NCBI RefSeq assembly: GCF_046119375.1
Contig: NW_027362772.1
Location: 250,108,001 to 250,172,000, forward strand
DNA: 64,000 bases
Direction: 5' to 3'
Source: Phyllobates terribilis
Taxonomy: Eukaryota
Below, one piece after another: positions 48,079 to 59,200 of the stretch (positions are counted from its first letter, which is position 1; each line of letters starts with the position of its first letter). The position numbers and the translations under genes are program-made. Under the pieces are notes generated by a model. That model saw only the letters and a list, made by a program, of their open reading frames with translations, was not told the DNA's origin and did not search any database.

Positions 48079-48559
48079 TATATTGCAAGGCGGCGTTGTT
48101 CACACCGTGCAGTAAGTGAGGCAGTGACCCAAGCAAGTCCAATATAAACAGCTTTTATTTCAGCAACTCACGGGTTAACAGAAAGTCCTCCGGTTCGCAG
48201 TCGGGTTAACAGAAAGTCTATACACAATGGTTGCCGAGGGCAATGGCCGTGCCGGCCGCTCAGAGCCTGACAGGTGCAGAGCCTTCCCAGGCGTGGGTTC
48301 AGCCACCCTCAGTACTGCTGAGGTTTCCTGCTGTGCTCCTAGCAGGTTCCAACACAGAAAACAACACTAATCCTTAGTGCAGGGTTTTTAAAGGACTTGT
48401 GGCAAGAGCCACTGGAAAACCCAGGTTGGAGGGAGGAGGCCGCCCCACTGCCTCCTGTGACCTCCTCCAAGAAATGAAGGCCCTGCCGGGTTTTACTAAT
48501 CTGCCTTAGCCAGATAGCCTGACCAGGTGAATGCTCACCTTCATTCCTGCATTGCAGCC

Positions 48560-51500
48560 TGTAACATACCTGGCGGCGTCCTTGCATGGTGGTCCATCTC
48601 CCACTGTGCAAGAGCGCGCACTTGATCTCCTGTCCAGAATGTCTCTCTGGCTTCCCTCCATGCTGTCTGTTTGTGTCTGTTTCTGCTGCTTAAGGGCGGC
48701 GCCCGATCACTTCCTGCTTTTTGTACCTGCTGTGGGTCACACCCCTTGTGCGTCCTCAGCCTATTGCTGTCTGTCACTTGGTATATAGCTCAGCAGCTCC
48801 CTTCTATCCCTGCCTGAGCATAGTGTTTCCTTCAGTGTGTGCTTGCACTCTGAAGGTGCCAGGTCCCGTTCTTTGTTTCCTTGTCTGCCTTTCCTGGAGG
48901 CTGTATTTCCAGGCCTGTCTGAACTGAGTCCTGTATGTCTTCTGCTTTGCGGTATCAGCTCCCGTGTCTGAACTGAGTCCTTTCTGTGTTCTCTTGTCTG
49001 TCCTGTCTGAACACGCTCCTAGCCTGTTCCTCCTGCCTTCTAGGGGCCGATTACCTAGACCCGTTCCTGTATCTTGTCTGACCTGTCTGAACACGCTCCT
49101 AGCCTATTCCTCTCGCCTTCTAGTGGCCGATTTCCTAGACCCGCTCCTGTGTCTGGTCTGTCCTGTCTGAACACGCTCCTTGCCTGTTCGCTCCGCCTTC
49201 TAGTGGCCGATTTCCTAGACCCGCTCCTGTGTCTGGTCTGTCCTGTCTGAACACGCTCCTTGCCTGTTCGTTCCGTCTCTCTGGGGGCCGTATTCCCAGA
49301 CCCGCTCCTGTATCCCTCTGCAGTGTCGGTCTCCTCCGTACACTCAGTTCCAGTCTGAACTCTCTCCTGTCCTTTACCTGTTTTGCCTCTATGTCCGTTC
49401 CCTTCCTTTTTCTGCAGAGTCTGAACTCGTACCTAACTCCTGCTTGTTGTCTCTGCAAGTACTGTGTGAGTATCTGGCTCTGTCTTTCCCTTCCTGTCTG
49501 TTCCGTGTGAACAGAGCCCTGTCCTCCCTGCTCAGCCTTGTCTGCACTCTAGCTGTGCTTGCCTGTAACCCTCTGCCTGTATTGTTCCTGAGTCCCGGTG
49601 TGTACTGGGTCCTATCCCGCCTGTGTTCCTACCTGCTAGTGCCTCCCTGTTTGCACTCTAGCTGTGCTTGCCTTTACCCCCCTGCCTGCATACCCGCCTG
49701 CCTGCATACCAGTCGTGCCTGCCTATACCCTCCAGTCTGTGTGCCAGCCTACCAGCCTGTTCCTGTATTCCCCTGTGTGGGTCAACAGCCGTGTCCGGGG
49801 TCTGTCCTGGAGTAGCACCTGGTCCCTCTGCTCGGTTCCTCCTTGGTGCACTGGCGTCGTATGCCGTCGTGCGACCCTGGTCGGATCGGGTGAATACTTA
49901 GTCACGCCCCTCCAGGCATTCACTCTCCGGCACGGTCCAGTGGAATCACTACCAATCACACGCACACGCCGCTTAGCCCGGGCGTGTGCATAACAGCATG
50001 CTCAGGCCATGGTTCCCGTTGAGCCCCACGGCCTTCGCTCTTTGAGAAGTTTTTCCAGCGAATACATGCATTAAAATAAAATAAATAAATTTTTTTCCCC
50101 CTTTAGCTGAGTTCCAGGCGAATTACGCACCCGTCCAGATGGATCTATCAGCCCTCGTTCCTGCGGATCCGCCACGTTACTATGGGGATCCAAGACAGTG
50201 TCGTGCATTTGTGGAGCAATGCATGCTACACTTTAAGGCCTACCCTCTCTATTTTCCTTCCGATTGGGCTAAAGTGGCCTTTATGATTGACTACCTAGCG
50301 GGTGATGCCTTGAAATGGGTCACCCCCCTATGGGAAGCATGGGATCCTGTCATCCTTGACCTGCAGGCCTTCCTGGTGGCCTTTCGTATGGTCTTCGAGG
50401 ACCCTAACTCTGAAGCCCCTGCTGAAGCTTCACTTCCCAATATCCCGGAGCAGCCCCGACGGGTAATGTGTGTGGGTAGCGCAATAGTCCTCCAGCCCAA
50501 TGAGACTACTGCCCACCCAGAATCCTCACAGGGTGACTACGCTTTCCGGAATACTTCTCTCAACCTCAAGAGGCAGTCCAGACGTGCTAGACTTAGAGGC
50601 AAGCCGTCACGCCAGGGTCTGTCCTCCCTGAGACCTCCTGACCCCAACCTTGAAGTCCCTACTGAAGCTTCATCTCCCTGTATCCCGGAGAAACCCCAAT
50701 GGGTAATGTGCGTGGGTAGTGCACCAGTTCTCCTGGCCGAAGAGACTTCTGCCCATCCAGACTCCACACAGGAGAACTTCCTGCACCCGGCATCAGATGC
50801 TTCTTTCTCTTTAACCGGTGTGCATGTCCAAGGATGCTCCAAAGCTGTGGTTACCTCAGAGTCTGTGCACCTCTACTACCTGGCGGAGGATCCCCTGTTG
50901 CCTCCTGAACCCTCCGGGATACCACTCGATGACAAATGGAGAGAGACTTCTCTACACCCGGTACTCAATACTTTGTCCGCTTCGTCCTGTGAGCCTGACA
51001 ATGGGTACCCCAAAGTGGTAGTTACCTCCGAGTCTCTACACCCCTCCGACCAGGCGGAGGATCTCCAGTTGTCTCCTGAACCCTTCGGGGTGCTACCTGG
51101 TAGCGAAAGGACAGAGACTCTCCTATACTCTGTACCTGATACCTCGCTCGCTTCGTCCAGTGAGTCCAACTTAGTGTACTCCGAAGCAGAGGTTACTCCT
51201 GAGTCTCTACACCCCTCCGACCAGGCGGAGGACCTCCAGTTGTGTTCAGAATCCTTCGGGGTGCCACCTGGTGGTGAATGGACAGAGACTTTCCTATATC
51301 CTGGATCTGATACCTCGCTTGCTTCGTCCAGTGAGTCCGACCTAGTGTACTCTGAAGCAGAGGTTACCCGTGAGTCTCTACACCCCTCTGACCAGGCGGA
51401 GGACCGCCAGCTGTCTCCAGAACCCTTCGGGGTGCCACCTGGTGGTGAATGGACAGAGATTTTCCTATACTCGGTACCCGATACCTCGCCTGCTTCCTCC

Positions 51501-53421
51501 AGTGAGTCCGACCTAGTGTACTCTGAAGCAGAGGTTACCCGTGAGTCTCTACACCCCTCTGACCAGGCGGAGGTCCGCCAGCTGTCTCCAGAACCCTTCG
51601 GGGTGCCACCTGGTGGTGAATGGACAGAGACTTTCCTATACTCGGTACCCGATACCTCGCCTGCTTCCTCCAGTGAGTCCGACCTAGTGTACTCTGAAGC
51701 AGTTGTTTTCTCTGAGCCTCTGCACTCTTCTGACCCGGCGGAGGACCTCCAGTTGTTTCCTGAATCCTCCGGGATACCACCAGATAACAAAGAGACAGTG
51801 ACTTTTCCTCATTATGTACCTGATAACCCGTCTATTTCTTCCTGTGAGCTTGACAAGATGTACCTCGAAGCAGAGATTACCCTTAAGTCTCTGTCCCCCT
51901 CCAACCCAGTGAACGACTGGTCCTCGAATTCCCTGCGGAAGATTCTGGCAGGCCTGAAGAAGAGGGGGCGTAAGGGGGGAGGTACTGTAACATACCTGGC
52001 GGCGTCCTTGCATGGTGGTCCATCTCCCACTGTGCAAGAGCGCGCACTTGATCTCCTGTCCAGAATGTCTCTCTGGCTTCCCTCCATGCTGTCTGTTTGT
52101 GTCTGTTTCTGCTGCTTAAGGGCGGCGCCCGATCACTTCCTGCTTTTTGTACCTGCTGTGGGTCACACCCCTTGTGCGTCCTCAGCCTATTGCTGTCTGT
52201 CACTTGGTATATAGCTCAGCAGCTCCCTTCTATCCCTGCCTGAGCATAGTGTTTCCTTCAGTGTGTGCTTGCACTCTGAAGGTGCCAGGTCCCGTTCTTT
52301 GTTTCCTTGTCTGCCTTTCCTGGAGGCTGTATTTCCAGGCCTGTCTGAACTGAGTCCTGTATGTCTTCTGCTTTGCGGTATCAGCTCCCGTGTCTGAACT
52401 GAGTCCTTTCTGTGTTCTCTTGTCTGTCCTGTCTGAACACGCTCCTAGCCTGTTCCTCCTGCCTTCTAGGGGCCGATTACCTAGACCCGTTCCTGTATCT
52501 TGTCTGACCTGTCTGAACACGCTCCTAGCCTGTTCCTCTCGCCTTCTAGTGGCCGATTTCCTAGACCCGTTCCTGTGTCTGGTCTGTCCTGTCTGAACAC
52601 GCTCCTTGCCTGTTCGCTCCGCCTTCTAGTGGCCGATTTCCTAGACCCGCTCCTGTGTCTGGTCTGTCCTGTCTGAACACGCTCCTTGCCTGTTCGTTCC
52701 GTCTCTCTGGGGGCCGTATTCCCAGACCCGCTCCTGTATCCCTCTGCAGTGTCGGTCTCCTCCGTACACTCAGTTCCAGTCTGAACTCTCTCCTGTCCTT
52801 TACCTGTTTTGCCTCTATGTCCGTTCCCTTCCTTTTTCTGCAGAGTCTGAACTCGTACCTAACTCCTGCTTGTTGTCTCTGCAAGTACTGTGTGAGTATC
52901 TGGCTCTGTCTTTCCCTTCCTGTCTGTTCCGTGTGAACAGAGCCCTGTCCTCCCTGCTCAGCCTTGTCTGCACTCTAGCTGTGCTTGCCTGTAACCCTCT
53001 GCCTGTATTGTTCCTGAGTCCCGGTGTGTACTGGGTCCTATCCCGCCTGTGTTCCTACCTGCTAGTGCCTCCCTGTTTGCACTCTAGCTGTGCTTGCCTT
53101 TACCCCCCTGCCTGCATACCCGCCTGCCTGCATACCAGTCGTGCCTGCCTATACCCTCCAGTCTGTGTGCCAGCCTACCAGCCTGTTCCTGTATTCCCCT
53201 GTGTGGGTCAACAGCCGTGTCCGGGGTCTGTCCTGGAGTAGCACCTGGTCCCTCTGCTCGGTTCCTCCTTGGTGCACTGGCGTCGTATGCCGTCGTGCGA
53301 CCCTGGTCGGATCGGGTGAATACTTAGTCACGCCCCTCCAGGCATTCACTCTCCGGCACGGTCCAGTGGAATCACTACCAATCACACGCACACGCCGCTT
53401 AGCCCGGGCGTGTGCATAACA
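48560..53421 (+). mobile_element. Pol-less chromovirus (sushi-group) derivative
   Basis: 1436-bp LTRs (48560-49995, 51986-53421), almost identical; 5-bp TSD CAGCC at 48555-48559 and 53422-53426; self-priming-type PBS; PPT; LTRs hold an 80-bp x4 array. Confidence 0.93.
50139..52214 (+). CDS. Gag capsid N-terminal domain followed by acidic 57-aa tandem repeats
   Basis: PPRYYGDPRQCRAFVEQCMLHF...KVAFMIDYLAGDALKW aligns by eye with gag at 21874. 171-bp repeat period (50859, 51030, 51201, 51372, 51543, 51714, 51885). Ends KILAGLKKRGRKGGGTV, like the pol C-terminus, and reads into the LTR. Confidence 0.82.
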   Translation: MDLSALVPADPPRYYGDPRQCRAFVEQCMLHFKAYPLYFPSDWAKVAFMIDYLAGDALKWVTPLWEAWDPVILDLQAFLVAFRMVFEDPNSEAPAEASLPNIPEQPRRVMCVGSAIVLQPNETTAHPESSQGDYAFRNTSLNLKRQSRRARLRGKPSRQGLSSLRPPDPNLEVPTEASSPCIPEKPQWVMCVGSAPVLLAEETSAHPDSTQENFLHPASDASFSLTGVHVQGCSKAVVTSESVHLYYLAEDPLLPPEPSGIPLDDKWRETSLHPVLNTLSASSCEPDNGYPKVVVTSESLHPSDQAEDLQLSPEPFGVLPGSERTETLLYSVPDTSLASSSESNLVYSEAEVTPESLHPSDQAEDLQLCSESFGVPPGGEWTETFLYPGSDTSLASSSESDLVYSEAEVTRESLHPSDQAEDRQLSPEPFGVPPGGEWTEIFLYSVPDTSPASSSESDLVYSEAEVTRESLHPSDQAEVRQLSPEPFGVPPGGEWTETFLYSVPDTSPASSSESDLVYSEAVVFSEPLHSSDPAEDLQLFPESSGIPPDNKETVTFPHYVPDNPSISSCELDKMYLEAEITLKSLSPSNPVNDWSSNSLRKILAGLKKRGRKGGGTVTYLAASLHGGPSPTVQERALDLLSRMSLWLPSMLSVCVCFCCLRAAPDHFLLFVPAVGHTPCASSAYCCLSLGI

Positions 53422-53530
53422 CAGCCGCAGCTGTGTCTGTGACTGCAATACACTCCAATGGATTTAATAGGTCTCTGTACACATTCTGGGGGAGATATAA
53501 CGTCCCTCGTATACGATCCCGGTCACTGCC

Positions 53531-53560
<30 letters not shown>

Positions 53561-53561
<1 letters not shown>

Positions 53562-54634
53562 GTGACACCCCAGGGGTCTGGTTGCCACAGTGATAGAGAT
53601 ATTACGTCTGAGAGCAGGTGGGGGGTCTCTTGGTCAGGAATCCTATGCATGCCACACCTCCTGCCCAGTCCTGGGAGGGGAAGAACTTCCCCTATATAAA
53701 CCTGGGGCTGAGGCAGGGTTAGGGAGTTCAGAGGGAGAGTTCAGCCAGGAGGGCTGACAGGGAGCTGTGGCTCCGGCTGGGCCCAGCTCCTGGGCCATGC
53801 CAGAAGTAGAGACAGAGAAGAGAAGCAACTATGGGAAGAAACAACAGGAGCTCTGTGGGAGCAGTGTTACAAGGAGTCAGGGGCTGGCAGCTGCAGAGCT
53901 CGCCCTGACTGAGAAGATTTCTTACCGGACCCGGAGTCCGAGGCTGTGGGGACTAACTCCTACCCAGCAGCAGAATCCGTCAGGCAGGGGATTTCAGGTC
54001 CTCTGGCCAAGAAACCCGAAGGCACTGTCACACGCATGGGACCAGCACCGCCGTCGTGGAGCGGAAGCTACTAGAAGGCCCCGAGTCACCGGCCATACGG
54101 GTGAGCACCACACGGTACACTCAGGGACGTGGGCTACTTATACCCGCCTCTAGCAAGGTAGCCAGAAGAGTACAGTCAGTTTGGGAGGCCTACAACTCCG
54201 CCTGGCCAGGGGAGATCCCATCTGCTCAAGGACTGACCAGGCCCCGATCGCTAGCCAGTACTCCGGGAGGGTCTATCTTTATCACCAGTAAAGACCCTGA
54301 ATTACACCGCATCGTCTCTGAGTGATTCCTGCTACCCCCATCATCCACTTCGGCTGCCCTGAGGCCATACCCCTCCCGTTGGGGGTTATACCATCCCCGC
54401 TGCACCATCCTTCCACCGGCCTCAGCGGTCTGCCCTGCAGCGGCAGCTCCAAAGCTGCATTCAACGGGTGGCGTAGTCATCCAACATCTACTGCTAATAG
54501 ACTCGCCACTTAGTTTGACTCTCTGGGCACGGACCGGGTCACCGCCACGAGACTACTACCCCTATCTGATCCGGCTCCGGGTAAGCCCCCGTGCACGCGA
54601 TGCCGCACGACACAGAAGGCCCAGGGGCGCATCA
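53561..54634 (+). mobile_element. Solo LTR (1074 bp), same family as the 36488 element LTRs, inserted in (TA)n
   Basis: High similarity to 36488-37557; TG...CA; flanked by TATA repeats. Confidence 0.92.
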
Positions 54635-54679
<45 letters not shown>

Positions 54680-54680
<1 letters not shown>

Positions 54681-56267
54681 TGCTCAAAAAAATAAAGGGA
54701 ACACTCAAATAACACATCCTAGATCTGAATGAATGATATATTCTCATTGAATACTTTGTTCTTTACAAAGTTGAATGTGCTAACAACAAAATCACACAAA
54801 AATCATCAATGGAAATCAAACTTATTAACCAATGGAGGCCTGGATTTGGAGTCACCCCCAAAATTAAAGTGGAAAACACACTACAGGCTGATCCAACTTT
54901 GATGTAATGTCCTTGTGACTTGTTTTAATGAGGCTCAGTATTGTGTGTGGCCTCCACGTGCCTGTATGACCTCCCTACAATGCCTGGGCATGCTCCTGAT
55001 GAGGTTGCGGATGGTCTCCTGTGGGATCTCCTTCCAGACCTGGACTAAAGCATCCGCCAACTCCTGGACAGTCTGTGGTGCAATGTGACGTTGGTGGATG
55101 GAGCGAGACATGATGTCCCAGATGTGCTCAATTGGATTCAGGTCTGGGGAAAGGGAGGGCCAGTCCATAGCTTCAATACCTTCATCTTGCAGGAACTGCT
55201 GACACACTCCAGCCACATGAGGTCTGGCATTGTCCTGCATTAGGAGGAACCCAGGGCCAACCGCACCTGCATATGGTCTCACAAGGGGTCTGAGGATCTC
55301 ATCTCGGTACCTAATGGCAGTCAGGCTACCTCTGGCAAGCACATGGAGGGCTGTGCGGCCCTCCAAAGAAATGCCACCCCACACCATTACTGACCCACTG
55401 CCAAACCGGTCATGCTGAAGGATGTTGCAGGCAGCAGATCGCTATCCATGGCATCTCCAGACTCTGTCACGTCTGTCACATGTGCTCAGTGTGAACCTGC
55501 TTTCATCTGTGAAGAGCACAGGGCGCCAGTGGCGACTTTGCTAATCCTGGTGTTCTGTGGCAAATGCCAAGCGTCCTGCACGGTGTTGGGCTGTGAGCAC
55601 AACCCCCATCTGTGGACGTCGGGCGCTCATACCACCCTCATGGAGTCGGTTTCTAACCGTTTGTGCAGACACATGCACATTTGTGGCCTGCTGGAGGTCA
55701 TTTTGCAGGGCTCTGGCAGTGCTTCTCCTGTTCCTCCTTGAACAAAGGCAGAGGTAGCGGTCCTGCTGCTGGATTGTTGCCCTCCTACGGCCCCCTCCAC
55801 GTCTCCTGGTGTACTGGCCTGTCTCCTGGTAGCGCCTCCAGCCCCTGGACACTACTCTGACAGACACAGCAAACATTCTTGCCACAGCTCGCATTGATGT
55901 GCCATCTTGGAGGAGATCCCACAGGAGACCATCCGCAACCTCATCAGGAGCATGCCTAGGTGTTGTAGGGAGGTCATACAGGCACGTGGAGGCCACACAC
56001 AATACTGAGCCTCATTTTGACTTGTTTTAAGGACATTACATCAAAGTTGGATCAGCCTGTAGTGTGTTTTTCCACTTTAATTTTGGGGGTGACTCCAAAT
56101 CCAGGTTCTCCATTGGTTAATAAATTTGATTTCCATTGATGATTTTTGTGTGATTTTGTTGTCAGCACATTCAACTTTGTACAGAACAAAGTATTCCATG
56201 AGAATATTTAATTCATTTAGATCTAGGATGTGTTATTTGAGTGTTCCCTTTATTTTTTTGAGCAATG
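54680..56267 (-). mobile_element. Tc1 (DD34E) copy B with a rearranged right end (about 355-bp inverted arms)
   Basis: Same TIR as copy A. Transposase 54935-55903 has two TAG stops and lacks its N-terminus. 55912-56267 is an inverted copy of 54680-55031. Confidence 0.88.
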
Positions 56268-56271
56268 TATA

Positions 56272-59200
56272 TGACGCGCCCCCTGGGCCGTGGGAGTACT
56301 CGGCAGCCGGGCCTCTGCGTATGCCGGTGGGGGATATCACGGTGGCTGGCCCGGTCCGTGACCCAGCGCGGTCAGTAAAAAGGGGAATTTATAGGGGATT
56401 TGGAAAGTTCGTGATGCCACCTGTGGAATGCGGCAAAAGGGGTGCCGCCACTGCGGAGCAGTCCTCTGGAGCGGGTGTTACGGCAGCAGGGATGGTGTGG
56501 CTCTCCACAGGTAGAGCTAGCTCCAGGGCAGCGTGGGGTGTAATGGACGATGCTGGGGAGAGACGGCAGGATGGTCCCGGAGGAAAGGCGGACACTCACA
56601 TGGGGGTAAGCTTCAGTACTTTTACTGGTGATGGTGCAGGCACGGTCCAGGGTACTCTGGGTGAAGGGTGCACTTTTGGACTCTCCCCAGTGAGCGGGTA
56701 TAGGGCCTCCTGATCGGTGGCTTTTCTCGCTAAGCTTCTGGCCTGCCTGGAACTAGGCCTAGCTTGGTTACTGTCTCTCTCTCCCTTGCACCTGCTGACT
56801 TGGTGGTAGGGCCTTCTCTTTGGAGATCACTCTCCCTGGACACTGGGGCCTCCGTGACTCCTAGCCCTGGTACTGTAGTCAGCGTTTGGCAAACCTGGGA
56901 CCTGTAGTTCTCCAGGGGTTCCGGTAGTCCCTACTGGGTGTAAAGAGTCCCTGTAGGCGCGGACGCGGTGTCCGGTATATATCTCGGGGTGAGCCTGGTA
57001 TGCTCCTCTGCCCCCCTTGTTACTTCTTCCTTCTCTTCTCGCCTTCGGCCACACTTAAGGCCCTCACTAGACTTAACCTCGTGCTGTAGGCTTTGGCTCG
57101 CCTCTTCACTGCTCTCTGAGCATCAGCATGCTCTCAGCTCACTCTGAGCTCTGTTCCTCTCTGAACACTAAACTGAAACTAACTGAGCTGCCTGGCTCCA
57201 CCCTCCCTATATATATCCCTAACGGGCTCCCTCTGCTGGTCTGAGGTGGTAGGGTGGAGGTGTGTGAATGTGTGAGGGCCTCTTGTGGAGAAGTCCATCC
57301 ACGCACCCTTCTGGGTTCTGTGGCACCAGTGCGTAGCAGGGCGCCACATTCCCCCCTAGTAAAACTCAGTACTCCTGGATTGAAGCATTTTTCTCAAAAC
57401 AGGTTAAACAATAACATCTTTTCTTCCCTTTATGGGAGGCACTTTGCTTGAACGTTACAGGTAACAACAATAACAAGTATAATAATTATAATAACATTAA
57501 AGTTACAGCAAGTCCCATAACCTGGTGTCCATTTCACCGATGAAGGAACATGAGGGACCCACCTGAAAACCCTCAACCTAGGCCCTGGGCGTGGCTACAG
57601 GGCATAGGTGATCCAGGTGCTGGACCACGTCTTCTGCCACGCCAAATGGGTTTTTGTTCCGTGGTCACTTAAGGGGCACTCCAGGGAGTGCAACTATGTA
57701 CATGAACAGTTTTTGGGCTGCTCACAGTCCTCAGCCACCGAGTCCTTTATATATACCCTTACGGGTTGCTAAATAAACACATATATTTCAGTTTATGCAA
57801 TAAACATTATGCAATACCCTACTGGGTAACTATTTATACTGCAGGTATTTTTTTTTTAACTTACTCGTTATACCTGACAGGGGTCTGGCCTTTCGTGCTA
57901 CTCGATGACCTACGCAGTACAGGGATGCATGTAGTGTGGATGCTTGCGCTATTTTCCGCTCTATGTGTTGGTGGACTGCAAGACTGCCTTAACCTCTCTA
58001 CGGGATTGGCAAGTACACTGGTTACTGGGCCTACTGGCTCTGCTTCTACCGGTGATCCTTCTTCCGGGGATTCTTCATGAGCAGGCTCTTCCGGGGCACT
58101 TTCAGGTCTTACTTGCAGTGGAGAGTCTTCTGGCTGTTGGTAGAACTGTAGCACAGGTATTATTACCGCTCCATCCAGTTGAGACCAATCTACCGGGAAA
58201 TCTCCTAAGTCAGTATGGAGTACTTCTTTAGGCTCCTCCGGTACGGTGAGAGGCACTTCCTCCTGGGGCTTAAGCGGACTTGGGCACAACTTCAGATGGT
58301 CTCTTGATACCGTTGCAGTTGTTCTTCCTCCGCCTTTGCTAATTAGACAGGTTTTCCTATTATCAAATCTGGAATTCAACACAGTGTAAGGTTCTCTTTC
58401 CCACTGGTCGTCAAGTTTATGGCTTCTTCTCTTTCATTTCAGCACAACTTCTCCAGGTGTCAAGGGTTCGGCTGGTGCACTCTTGTTGTACTGTGCTTCC
58501 TGCTTATCTCTCACCCTACTTAGACTGTCTTCGACACAGGCCTGTACTTTCTTGTACTGCTCCTGTCGAGTCGTATCCCAGTCTTCAGTGGACATATCTG
58601 CTTCTGGCTCTACCACTCCAAGCTCCAGGTCCATGGGCAACTTTCCGGGTCTTGCTCTCATGAGGTACTCTGGAGTACAATTGGTGGAACTCACAGGTAT
58701 GTGATTGTACAGATCTACCAGGTCAGGTAGTTTGTCTGGCCACTGGTTTCTTCCTTCTAGAGGTAAGGTCTTCAACAGGTCGATGACTATGTTATTCATC
58801 TTTTCACATAACCCATTGGTTTGGGGGTGGTACCTTGTAGTCCGGATCTTCTTACACCCGTACAGATGGCAAAACTCCTTGAACAGCTCGGCTTCAAAGG
58901 CAGGGTCTTGATCCGTCAGCACCTCTTCCGGGTATCCATGGGGCCTGCAGAAGTACGCTTGAAACGTCTTTGCTACAGTTTCTGCCATCAGATCCTTGAC
59001 GGGGGCTACCACCAGGAACCGGGAGTAGTGATCCACCATGGTCAGGGCATACAAGTAGCCTGACCTGCTGGGTGACAGCTTGATGTGATCCAGAGCGACG
59101 ATCTCCAGGGGCTGGGTTGTCTTGATGGACTGCAGGGGTGCCTTCTGGATGCTGTAGTCTTTTCTTCTGAGGCTACAGGGTCCACAATCCCGGCACCACC

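Larger units (their letters stand above)
48115..53535 (-). mobile_element. About 560-bp solo-LTR-like element with 15-bp inverted ends, split by the 48560-53421 insertion
   Basis: AGTGAGGCAGTGACC (48115) / GGTCACTGCCTCACT (53535); AATAAA on the minus strand near 48159; the two halves join across TSD CAGCC. Confidence 0.55.

Noticed and set aside
50876-51790. 304-aa antisense ORF
   Set aside because: Shadow frame of the 171-bp repeat array.
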